Part shown: one piece after another, positions 37,009 to 45,048 of the stretch
How positions within the stretch are numbered: position 1 is the first letter of the stretch
How the letters are laid out: each line of letters opens with the position of its first letter
NCBI GenBank assembly: GCA_028714495.1
Contig: JAQTMH010000004.1
Span: 128,232 to 192,231, forward strand
Source: Patescibacteria group bacterium
GTDB lineage: Bacteria; Patescibacteriota; Patescibacteriia; JAHIZJ01
DNA length: 64,000 bases
Reading direction: 5' to 3'
The notes under the pieces: generated by a model
Database searches by the model: none
What the model saw: only the letters and a program-made list of their open reading frames with translations
What the model was told of the DNA's origin: nothing
Translations under genes and position numbers: made by a program

Positions 37009-39090
37009 TTATTCCCAGTGGATTGAGTCTTTAAACTCCTTCATTTTTTGGCGAATGTGGGGATATTTAGATAATTCAAAGTCTTGCTCTAGGATATTTT
37101 TGGCTAAAGTTTGAGCTTTTTTAATAATGGGGAAGTCGGTAAGCTTGGCAATTCTGAATTCTGGGAAACCCGACTGTTTCAGGCCATAAAGCTCGCCCGG
37201 GCCGCGCATTTCCAGGTCTTTCTCTGCCAATTCAAAGCCGTTTTGGGAGGTGAGAACAGCCTGGAGGCGGTTTCGGCCCGCTTCACTTTCAGTTTCGGTG
37301 AGGAGGAAGCAGTAGGATTGGTAGAGCCCGCGGCCGACCCGACCGCGAAATTGATGGAGCTGAGCCAGGCCGAAGCGTTCAGCCGCCTCGATCAGCATAA
37401 CGGTGGCATTAGGTATATCAATCCCGACTTCGACTACCGAGGTCGAGACGAGCAGTTGGATGTGGTTTGCCAGAAACTCGCGCATAACTTTTTCCCGGCT
37501 TTCGGGCCTTAAGCGGCCGTGAAGCAAGCCAATTTTGAATTCAGGAAAAATCTTGGTCGACAGGCGTTCGTATTCCTCCCTGACCGATTTAACGCCCAAT
37601 TTGTCGGACGGATCGATCAGCGGACAGATAACGAAAACTTGTCGGCCGCTTTGGATTTCCTCCGAGATGAAATCGTAGGTGGCTTTCCGTTCGTGCGGCA
37701 ATACGATTTTTGTTGCGATCTTCTGCCGGCCTTTGGGCAGCTCGTCAATAATCGAAATATCCAAATCGCCGTAAAAACCCAGGGCGAGCGTTCGAGGTAT
37801 GGGTGTAGCCGTGAGACTTAAAAAATGGGGTGAGAGTTCGGAATGCGCCCGGGATTTATTAGTCAGCTGCTTTCTCTGGTCTACGCCGAAACGGTGCTGT
37901 TCGTCGACGATAGCCAGTCCCAGGTTTTTGAAGACAACATGCTCCTGAAGTATGGCCTGGGTGCCGATGACCAGCTGAGCATTTCCGTTTGCGATTTTAT
38001 GGTTAAGGGTGGTCTTGGAAACAGCTTTTTTCGGTCGGCTAATCCATTTCTGGGTTCGGGTCAAGAGACAAACGGTGATTTTTTGTTTCTGAAAAAGTTT
38101 GGTAAAGGTTTCGAAGTGCTGCTGGGCGAGGATCTCCGTTGGCGCCAGCATAACTGATTGCCAGCCCCGATCAGCCGCGTTTAAAATTGCCAAGCTGACC
38201 ACCACGGTCTTGCCTGAACCGACATCACCTTCCAGTAGCCGGTTCATTGGCCGGCGCTGTTCCATGTCTTTCAGTATTTCCCAGGCTGAGCGGCGCTGGG
38301 CGTTTGTCAATTTATATGGCAGGGCTTCGACAAAACGTTTGGTCTTTTCTTGATTAAAAGGGATGGCTGGCGCCGGCGTGTGTTCGAGCAGGCGGCGATT
38401 TTGGAGAGTGTATATTTGGATCGGAAAGAGCTCGTCGAACTTCAAGCGTTCCACGGCTTTTTTGAGCCAGGCCTCATTCCTGGGAAAGTGAATTTCCTGA
38501 AGCGCCAGGGGTAGTTCTAATAGATCGACTTCTTTTTTTAGCTGATACGGCAAATAATCAACAGTTCTTCGAGCCAGGGGCTTTGACAACTGGGTTAAGA
38601 ATCGCAGCTGTCTCTGCGTCAATCTGCTGGTAGTTGGATATACGGGCACCAGACGGCCAGTATGGATTTGCGGTCCGCTCAGTTTTTCATATGACGGGCT
38701 GGTGAAGTGAAGTCCGTATTTATCCATTTCGAGCTTGCCTGAAACGACAATTTTGTCTCCCGGAACAAAGGTCTTAGCCAAGTAAGGCTGGTTAAACCAG
38801 ATGATTTTAACTGAACCCGTCTGGTCGCTGACGATCGCCTCGGTGATATACAGGCGGCGGCGGAAACTACGGCGGTTTTGGATGGCGTCAATCTTGCCTT
38901 TGATGGTGACTCGGATGCCAGAGGTAAGTTTGTCTATAGTCGTGATATTAGAAAAATCCTCATACCGCGAAGGGAAATGATAGAGGATGTCTTTGGCATG
39001 TTTTAGGCCGAGATTTTTGAGGCGCTTAGCCACAGTTTGGCCGACCGAGTAGAGTTTCTCAACCGGCGTGTCGAATTGTATAAGTTCCAT
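37009..39090 (-). CDS. recG: ATP-dependent DNA helicase RecG
   Basis: Wedge domain N-terminus, helicase motifs GDVGSGKT, DEQHRFGV, …QLHQFRGRVGRG…. Confidence 0.9.
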   Translation of the reverse strand: MELIQFDTPVEKLYSVGQTVAKRLKNLGLKHAKDILYHFPSRYEDFSNITTIDKLTSGIRVTIKGKIDAIQNRRSFRRRLYITEAIVSDQTGSVKIIWFNQPYLAKTFVPGDKIVVSGKLEMDKYGLHFTSPSYEKLSGPQIHTGRLVPVYPTTSRLTQRQLRFLTQLSKPLARRTVDYLPYQLKKEVDLLELPLALQEIHFPRNEAWLKKAVERLKFDELFPIQIYTLQNRRLLEHTPAPAIPFNQEKTKRFVEALPYKLTNAQRRSAWEILKDMEQRRPMNRLLEGDVGSGKTVVVSLAILNAADRGWQSVMLAPTEILAQQHFETFTKLFQKQKITVCLLTRTQKWISRPKKAVSKTTLNHKIANGNAQLVIGTQAILQEHVVFKNLGLAIVDEQHRFGVDQRKQLTNKSRAHSELSPHFLSLTATPIPRTLALGFYGDLDISIIDELPKGRQKIATKIVLPHERKATYDFISEEIQSGRQVFVICPLIDPSDKLGVKSVREEYERLSTKIFPEFKIGLLHGRLRPESREKVMREFLANHIQLLVSTSVVEVGIDIPNATVMLIEAAERFGLAQLHQFRGRVGRGLYQSYCFLLTETESEAGRNRLQAVLTSQNGFELAEKDLEMRGPGELYGLKQSGFPEFRIAKLTDFPIIKKAQTLAKNILEQDFELSKYPHIRQKMKEFKDSIHWE

Positions 39091-39129
39091 ACCTTCATCG
39101 TATCAAATTACCGTGAAAAGAGAAACAAC

Positions 39130-39158
39130 AAAAAAACGGGCTAAGCAGCCGTTTTTCT
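39130..39158. terminator. bidirectional terminator between the tRNA-Arg locus and recG
   Basis: A-run, bulged hairpin ACGGGCTAAGCAGCCGT, then T-run. Confidence 0.5.
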
Positions 39159-39166
39159 TTACGAAG

Positions 39167-39360
39167 TTGTGCGCCTGGTCCCACCACTAGCTCGCGTTGC
39201 TCGTCGTCCGGGACAAGCTCTGCGACTGTCATTTCTCTCCTTTGTGCGCCCGGCAGCCCCGCACCATTCCGCTTCGCTCCAGGTATGGGGTCTTCGAGAG
39301 TTGAATCCCGGATCTCCTCGCATTGCTTGTCGTCCGGGACAAGCTCTGCGACCTAGGTAT
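39167..39360 (-). repeat. tRNA-Arg-derived debris: two partial copies of the tRNA-Arg 3' end, a degenerate T-arm/acceptor fragment and two copies of a 37-nt hairpin repeat
   Basis: TTGTGCGCCTGGTC (39167-80), TTGTGCGCCCGGCAG (39242-56) vs tRNA end TTGGTGCGCCCGGCAGG. Hairpin repeat …CTTGTCGTCCGGGACAAGCTCTGCGAC at 39190-39226 and 39316-39352. Confidence 0.6.
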
Positions 39361-39369
39361 TCCTCAACT

Positions 39370-39446
39370 TGGTGCGCCCGGCAGGAGTTGAACCTGCGGC
39401 CTTGAGATCCGCAATCTCACGCTCTATCCAGCTGAGCTACGGGCGC
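39370..39446 (-). tRNA. tRNA-Arg (anticodon GCG as read)
   Basis: GCGCCCGTAGCTCAGCTGGATAGAGCGTGAGATTGCGGATCTCAAGGCCGCAGGTTCAACTCCTGCCGGGCGCACCA. Canonical cloverleaf, CCA encoded. Confidence 0.8.
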
Positions 39447-39481
39447 ACCAAGTTGATGAGTAATGCATTATGGTTTAATAG

Positions 39482-39547
39482 TCGGGGTTTAATTGAAGAG
39501 TTTATCCCCGCGAAAGCGGGGACTCTATCCAGCTGAGCTATGAGGGC
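39482..39547 (-). pseudogene. truncated tRNA-like 5' half (acceptor + D-arm) fused to a GC hairpin
   Basis: GCCCTCATAGCTCAGCTGGATAGAG (D-arm identical to tRNA-Arg) then CCCCGC-TTTC-GCGGGG. No T-arm or 3' acceptor. Confidence 0.4.
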
Positions 39548-39613
39548 TTGGTAAGACGGACTCTTGTGTTATTTATGAGGGTTATATTGATACTGCGCTG
39601 GGGCTACAGGCAC

Positions 39614-40105
39614 TCATAGTTTGTAATCACGACTTAGAACTTCAGAGAGAGATTCGTCCTCCTTAGTCGGATCTTCTTTGAGGTAGTTGAGCAGGATGTC
39701 GCGGACTTTCACGGGATTAGCGTTTTCCAGTTGAATGACCAAATCGGGCCGTAAGTTTGATTTGAAATTAAGGTAGAGATATTTGCTCTCCGGTGGTTTG
39801 TATATTAACCAGAATTTGGCGATGCTGTCAAAAGAATAAAACCTATTTTCAACCTCAAGGCCATCTTCGGTGATAGTTAATTTCAAAATTAGAGGCTTTC
39901 GTCTGGCGGTGATCAGAATTACCGCCCAGATGATGATAATCATCATCAGGAAGAGAAAGTTAGCTGTCATGACGGCATAGAGGGCGCTGAGAGCGCCGAT
40001 CAGAAGAAATACAGTGTACCAAACTTTTCCGCGCCTGTGCTCTTGAAATTCGGGAAACTTCCAGGAGATAAGCTTTTTACCGCGGTCGGGTGTATTTTCG
40101 GGCAT
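39614..40105 (-). CDS. hypothetical membrane protein
   Basis: Two adjacent TM helices then soluble domain. Confidence 0.4.
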   Translation of the reverse strand: MPENTPDRGKKLISWKFPEFQEHRRGKVWYTVFLLIGALSALYAVMTANFLFLMMIIIIWAVILITARRKPLILKLTITEDGLEVENRFYSFDSIAKFWLIYKPPESKYLYLNFKSNLRPDLVIQLENANPVKVRDILLNYLKEDPTKEDESLSEVLSRDYKL

Positions 40106-40183
40106 ATTAAATACGCTAATAATTAGCGCTTACATCTTAACACTTTTTCAGCAAAAACAACAGAGATTGCTGATTTATTTTGC

Positions 40184-40909
40184 TTATTTTAAAGCCTCGT
40201 CGAGAGCCTGTTTTAATTCGGAATAACTCTGGAACGGATTGAGAAATTTTCCGTTAAGATAGTAGGTCGGTGTGCCACGGATGGGAATTTTCTGGCCGTT
40301 TTTATAAGCCTCGTCAACGATTTTCTTTATCTCATCAGAGGCGTAGTCGGTTTGGAATTTTTGACTGTCCAGACCGAGCGATTTGGCGTAACTTATAAAC
40401 TTACTTGATGGATCGTTTTCGCTTGACCAGTCCGATTGTTTTTCAAAAAGAAAATCGTGCATTTCCCAGAATTTGTCCTGTTTATTGGCGGCTTCGGCGG
40501 CTCGGGCAGCCGGCTCGGCATTTGGATGGATATTTTTCAAAGGGAAATGACGAAAGACAAAAGCCACCTTGTCGCCGTATTCCTCCTGAGCTTTTTTGAT
40601 CAGAAAGTAGCGGGCAGAGCAAGCCGGGCACTGGAAGTCGCTGTATTCGATCAAAATTGCTCGAGCGTTTCGCGCGCCTTTGACGTTATCAGAATCAGCG
40701 ATTGTCTGAACTGATGGTTTTTGACCGTCTGTTTTTTTTGTGGCAAAAAGAATACCGGTGATTCCCAGACAGACGGCTAAAACCAAGCCACCCCAAAGAA
40801 GCATCTTTTTTGGCTTTCTTTGCGCCGTTAATTGAGTTCCTTTCCTATCTTGTCGTTCGATTTCCCGGCGTTCCCGTCTTGTGATTGGTTGTTCGCTTGG
40901 TTGGTTCAT
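40184..40909 (-). CDS. DsbA-family thiol:disulfide oxidoreductase (membrane-anchored)
   Basis: N-terminal TM, YSDFQCPACSARY catalytic CPAC, …KFWEMHD…. Confidence 0.7.
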   Translation of the reverse strand: MNQPSEQPITRRERREIERQDRKGTQLTAQRKPKKMLLWGGLVLAVCLGITGILFATKKTDGQKPSVQTIADSDNVKGARNARAILIEYSDFQCPACSARYFLIKKAQEEYGDKVAFVFRHFPLKNIHPNAEPAARAAEAANKQDKFWEMHDFLFEKQSDWSSENDPSSKFISYAKSLGLDSQKFQTDYASDEIKKIVDEAYKNGQKIPIRGTPTYYLNGKFLNPFQSYSELKQALDEALK

Positions 40910-41041
40910 ATTAAAAAAAGTAATAATCTAATATAGCGCAAATTATTCTTTTTGTCAAGACTAATAAGTTAAGTAAGAGTTTTTAACGATTATTCAAGAT
41001 CCTTAGATTTTTTCTATAAGTATGTGGGATCCCGCACAGAG

Positions 41042-41128
41042 CGGAGGGGGTGAGATTCGAACTCACGGTACCTTTGCAGGTACAACGGTTTTCAAGACCG
41101 TCCCCTTAAACCACTCAGGCACCCCTCC
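41042..41128 (-). tRNA. tRNA-Ser (anticodon TGA)
   Basis: GGAGGGGTGCCTGAGTGGTTTAAGGGGACGGTCTTGAAAACCGT…GTGAGTTCGAATCTCACCCCCTCCG. Long variable arm. CCA not encoded. Confidence 0.8.
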
Positions 41129-41237
41129 GCCATGTGCGAAATCGCACTTCGCCAATTAGATATTCAAGCGTTTCCCAATCAAGAGACTTTTCAAATTAAT
41201 TTTGGCTACCAGCCACACGTAGCCTTGGCGAAGTGTG

Positions 41238-41260
41238 GCGGAGAGTGCAGGATTCGGGTC
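41238..41260 (-). repeat. 23-nt duplicate of the tRNA-Ser(GCT) 3' end, with a degenerate tRNA-Ser-like pseudo-copy between it and the real gene
   Basis: gtggcggagagtgcaggattcg occurs at 41238-41260 and in the tRNA at 41387-41409. Intervening GC-rich 126 nt resembles a collapsed tRNA-Ser (GGCGGAGTTGCCGGCGGC…CAGGACCCGAATCCTGCACTCTCCGCCACA). Confidence 0.6.
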
Positions 41261-41386
41261 CTGGGCAGCGGCGGACTTGCCGCCGGCAACTCCGCCGGCG
41301 TCTCGCGGCGCCCTTCGGGCTTGCTCACTGCTGCCCTTCGAATCCTGTCTTTGCTTTTTAACTTGCTTCCGCTTCGCTCCAGCATG

Positions 41387-41476
41387 TGGCGGAGAGTGCA
41401 GGATTCGAACCTGCGAGGCCCCCGAAGGGGCCAAGGTTTAGCAAACCTTTGCCTTAAGCCACTCGGCCAACTCTCC
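41387..41476 (-). tRNA. tRNA-Ser (anticodon GCT)
   Basis: GGAGAGTTGGCCGAGTGGCTTAAGGCAAAGGTTTGCTAAACCTT…GCAGGTTCGAATCCTGCACTCTCCGCCA. CCA encoded. Confidence 0.85.
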
Positions 41477-41479
41477 TTG

Positions 41480-41725
41480 TTATTGGCTGTTAAATAGCCA
41501 TTTAATTCTGTCACGGCCCTTACCTGATTTTAAGAATTTTTCCTCTCTCGCTGCATCATCTTTGTTATAGAATACCTCGTAATATATTAATACCCAAGGC
41601 CCATTCTGTTTTGTGAAGATAGACTTACCCGACTGATGTTCGATTAGTCTGCGTTTCAGGTTGTTGGTAAGACCTTTATAAAGCTTACTATTGGATTTAC
41701 TTTTTAGAATATATACATAATACAT
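41480..41725 (-). CDS. GIY-YIG (URI-domain) nuclease-family small protein
   Basis: MYYVYILKSKSNSKLYKGLTNNLKRRLIEHQSG… typical of the COG2827/YhbQ-like family. Stop codon 4 nt from the tRNA-Ser 5' end. The ORF-track start is 9 nt upstream (GTG). Confidence 0.75.
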   Translation of the reverse strand: MYYVYILKSKSNSKLYKGLTNNLKRRLIEHQSGKSIFTKQNGPWVLIYYEVFYNKDDAAREEKFLKSGKGRDRIKWLFNSQ

Positions 41726-41730
41726 AATAA

Positions 41731-41778
41731 CCACTCTCGGCCCAAGGCCGATCCGCCTCGGGCGGAGGCCAACTCTCC
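41731..41778 (-). repeat. tRNA-Ser(GCT) 5' fragment (acceptor to D-loop) interrupted by a small GC hairpin, immediately upstream of the GIY-YIG start
   Basis: GGAGAGTTGGCC[TCCGCCCGAGGCGGATCGGCCTTGGGCC]GAGAGTGGTT vs tRNA GGAGAGTTGGCCGAGTGGCTT. Confidence 0.6.
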
Positions 41779-41790
41779 GTGCAATATTTA

Positions 41791-42519
41791 TTATTTTTGT
41801 GAACGGGCGAGAACCGCACCCCAGACTTCTTTTGCGCCGGCTAGTTTGAGCACTTTAGCGCATTCATTCAGAGTCGCTGTGGTCGTGGCCACATCATCAA
41901 TAATTATAACCTTTTGACCAGATAAGACAACCCCGCGTTTCAATTCAAAAGCCGATTTGAGGTTGATCAGCCTCTCGGCACGCGAGAGCCGGGCTTGCGG
42001 CCGGGTGTAAGCTTTACGGATGAGTATATCAGCTTTAATTGGCCAGTCAAGGACCGACGCGATTGATACGGCCAGACACTTAGCTTGATTAAAACCTCGC
42101 TCGTTTTTTCTTCGCCAGTGGAGCGGTACTGGCATTATGATGGGCTTTATGTGTTGAATTTGTCCAGTAAATTCCGATTTGATTTTGCGGGCCAGCATTT
42201 TTCCCATAATTTCACCCAGGTCAGTAACAAATTGATATTTTAAGGTATGAACAATTTTTTGGATTAACGGGATCTGATAATCAGTGAGTACGATTAAACC
42301 TGACAGCGGGGTTTGAGTTCGGCAAGCTGAACAGACGTGATTATCAAATTGGGGTATTCGGCAGATTGGACATTCTGGCTGAAGCGTGGTTTCTAGTCGC
42401 TTAGAGCACTGGGGACACAACCAGGTATCATACCGGCCGCATCCACCCAGGCATTTGACAGGGAAGATTAGATTAAAGACCGCTGGCCAGATTTTTTCAA
42501 TATATTTTTTCATAAACAA
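41791..42519 (-). CDS. comFC: ComF-family competence protein (phosphoribosyltransferase-fold, N-terminal Zn-finger)
   Basis: CxxC…CxxC N-terminus. PRTase motif QKVIIIDDVATTTATL. Confidence 0.7.
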   Translation of the reverse strand: MFMKKYIEKIWPAVFNLIFPVKCLGGCGRYDTWLCPQCSKRLETTLQPECPICRIPQFDNHVCSACRTQTPLSGLIVLTDYQIPLIQKIVHTLKYQFVTDLGEIMGKMLARKIKSEFTGQIQHIKPIIMPVPLHWRRKNERGFNQAKCLAVSIASVLDWPIKADILIRKAYTRPQARLSRAERLINLKSAFELKRGVVLSGQKVIIIDDVATTTATLNECAKVLKLAGAKEVWGAVLARSQK

Positions 42520-42559
42520 AAAGGGTCAGTTATTCTCCCGGCCCGTCTTGTTTAATAAA

Positions 42560-45046
42560 CTATTGTTTTAGAATAATTGCTTTGTTTTTAACTTCGAGGA
42601 TAATCGGCGAGCCTTTTGAAAGCCGTCCGGTAATAATCGATTCAGCAATTAGATTTTCTATCTCATCCTGGATAATTTTTCTAATTGCCCGCGCGCCCTC
42701 ATCGGGCTGAAAGCCCTTCTTGGCGATATATTTAATAACATCTTTGGTCGGCTCAAAAGTCAGATTTTGAGCTTGAAGCCGCTGCCCGAACTCTTTGAGC
42801 TGAAGTTCGACGATTTTTTCTATATCCTTTTTGGTCAGCGGCCGGAAAACAATTATCTTGTCGAGCCGGTTCAAGAATTCAGGCCGGAAGCTCTTTTTTA
42901 AATCTTTTAATATTTCCTCTTTCATCTGGTTATAGCGCTGGTCCAATTCCTCGGTTTGTTTGTCGGCCTGGAAGCCCATCGAGGCTAGCCGATTCAGCTC
43001 AGCTATACCGATATTCGAAGTCATTATGATGGTAGTGTTTTTAAAGTTTACCTTTTTCCCGACGGCGTCAGTTAAATGACCATCTTCAAGAACTTGGAGC
43101 AAGAGATTAAAAACATCGCGATGCGCCTTTTCAATCTCATCGAAGAGGATGACAGAATAAGGCTTGCGCCTGACCGCTTCGGTTAATTTATTGCCTTCTT
43201 TATAGCCGACATAGCCGGCTGGGGCGCCGATTAATTTTGATATTTGGAAACTTTCGCTGAATTCCGACATATCCAGGCGAATCAGGGCGTTTTTGTCCTC
43301 ATAGACTTCCTCGGCGATTACCTTGGCTAGTTCAGTTTTGCCTACGCCTGACGGCCCCAGAAACATGAATGAACCGATTGGCCGATCGACTGGAGCCAGA
43401 CCCGCGCGAGACCGACGGATAAATTGAGACACGGTGCTGACAGCCTCTGACTGGCCGATCACCCGGCGGCTAAGAATTTTTTCAAGGTTCAGAAGCTTAG
43501 TTTTTTCCTCCTTTAGGAGTTCGTTTAGTGGCACCTGGGTAATCCGGGAGACGACTTCAGCCACTTCTTTTTCAGTAATTTGGCCATAGGAGAATTTTTG
43601 TTCCTGGCGTTGTTTTTCTTTGATGACGCTCAAACGTTGGCGGAGCAGCTCCTGCTGGGTTTTGAGGCGTAGAGCCAGGGAAAATTGCTCCTTCGTCACC
43701 AGCGAGCGCTTTTTCCGCTCAAGCTTTTCGATCTCTCTTTCAATTTTGATAATTTCCTTGATTGAGCTATCACGTTTGGCCATAACTTTAAACTTTGAGG
43801 CCGCTTCGTCAATTAAGTCAATCGCCTTATCCGGCAGACACTTCTCCTGGAGATAACGCTGGCTTAGTTTTACGGCCGCTTGCAGAGCTTCATCGGCAAT
43901 ATTCACTTGGTGGAAAGTTTCGTAGTTCTTCTTGATTCCCCTGAGAACTTCTAGGGTTTCTTCAGGCGAGGCTTCCTCGACCAGGATCGGCTGAAAACGG
44001 CGCTCCAGGGCCGGATCCGATTCGATGTGCTTACGGTATTCATCCAGAGTGGTGGCGCCGATACAACGAATGTCTCCTTTTGAGAGAGCCGGCTTTAAAA
44101 TATTTGCCGCATCGAGAGTGCCAGTTGCTCCGCCAGTGCCGATTATGGTATGCAGTTCATCAATAAATAAAACAATATTCGGATCTTTTTTTATCTCATC
44201 GATAATTTGTTTGAACCGCGCCTCGAATTCCCCCCGGTAAATCGTTCCGGCAATGACCAGGCCGAGGTCGAGGCTTAAAATGCGCTTGTTCAGCAGTATG
44301 TCCGGAACTTCCTGGTTGAGGATTTTTTTTGCTAAACCCTCGACAATAGCCGTTTTACCGACTCCCGGATCGCCGATAAGCACGGGATTGTTTTTCGTCC
44401 GGCGGGAAAGGATGTGGATGAGGCGCTCGATTTCACGGGAGCGGCCGATTACCGGGTCGATCTTTTTCTGCATTTTTTCGCTAGTCAGATCAGAACAGAA
44501 AAAATCAAGGGCTGGAGTCTGGGTTTTTACCCCGTCAGCCGGCTGGAGCTCTGTGGGTTTATCAAAAATCTCCGTAAGATCGGGAAATTTCGACGTACTC
44601 TTCAACACGGTCTGAAGCTGTTCCTGAAGTCCAGTCGGTTTCATTTGGCTTCCCTGGAAGATTGAATTGACGACTGGCGAATTTTGCTGGACCAGGGCGT
44701 GAAGCAGATGTTCTGTGCCGATGTATTTATGCTGGTATTGGTTGGCTGTACCGCTGGCTTTGACCAGGGCGTTTTTCACTGTTTCGGAAAAACCAGGCAC
44801 GTGGGATGGCAGGTGGTCGGTCTTCACCGGCAGGTTCTTGGCTAGGATGATTTCTTTAGCCAACTCTTTTTTCAGGCCAAGTTTATTTAATATTTCAGAG
44901 GCCAGGCTGCCACGTTGCAAGGTTAAGCTATATATCAGGTGTTCCGGATTAACCATAGGGTGGCCCCATTCCTGAGCCAAATCAGCCGCTTTTAGAAGCG
45001 TATTTTTTAGGTGGGTGGTAAATTTATTTAGGGTGTCTAAGTTCAT
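42560..45046 (-). CDS. clpC: Clp/Hsp100 AAA+ chaperone, ClpC-like (two NBDs, short middle domain)
   Basis: Clp_N repeats. Walker A GDPGVGKTAIVEGLA and GPSGVGKTELAK. 828 aa. Confidence 0.85.
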   Translation of the reverse strand: MNLDTLNKFTTHLKNTLLKAADLAQEWGHPMVNPEHLIYSLTLQRGSLASEILNKLGLKKELAKEIILAKNLPVKTDHLPSHVPGFSETVKNALVKASGTANQYQHKYIGTEHLLHALVQQNSPVVNSIFQGSQMKPTGLQEQLQTVLKSTSKFPDLTEIFDKPTELQPADGVKTQTPALDFFCSDLTSEKMQKKIDPVIGRSREIERLIHILSRRTKNNPVLIGDPGVGKTAIVEGLAKKILNQEVPDILLNKRILSLDLGLVIAGTIYRGEFEARFKQIIDEIKKDPNIVLFIDELHTIIGTGGATGTLDAANILKPALSKGDIRCIGATTLDEYRKHIESDPALERRFQPILVEEASPEETLEVLRGIKKNYETFHQVNIADEALQAAVKLSQRYLQEKCLPDKAIDLIDEAASKFKVMAKRDSSIKEIIKIEREIEKLERKKRSLVTKEQFSLALRLKTQQELLRQRLSVIKEKQRQEQKFSYGQITEKEVAEVVSRITQVPLNELLKEEKTKLLNLEKILSRRVIGQSEAVSTVSQFIRRSRAGLAPVDRPIGSFMFLGPSGVGKTELAKVIAEEVYEDKNALIRLDMSEFSESFQISKLIGAPAGYVGYKEGNKLTEAVRRKPYSVILFDEIEKAHRDVFNLLLQVLEDGHLTDAVGKKVNFKNTTIIMTSNIGIAELNRLASMGFQADKQTEELDQRYNQMKEEILKDLKKSFRPEFLNRLDKIIVFRPLTKKDIEKIVELQLKEFGQRLQAQNLTFEPTKDVIKYIAKKGFQPDEGARAIRKIIQDEIENLIAESIITGRLSKGSPIILEVKNKAIILKQ

Positions 45047-45048
45047 TT

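Noticed and set aside
39169-39405. 78-aa plus-strand ORF, and ORFs 41132..41497 (+), 41156..41434 (-), 41206..41514 (-), 41235..41441 (+)
   Set aside because: They run through tRNA genes and tRNA-derived GC-rich debris. No coding signal.
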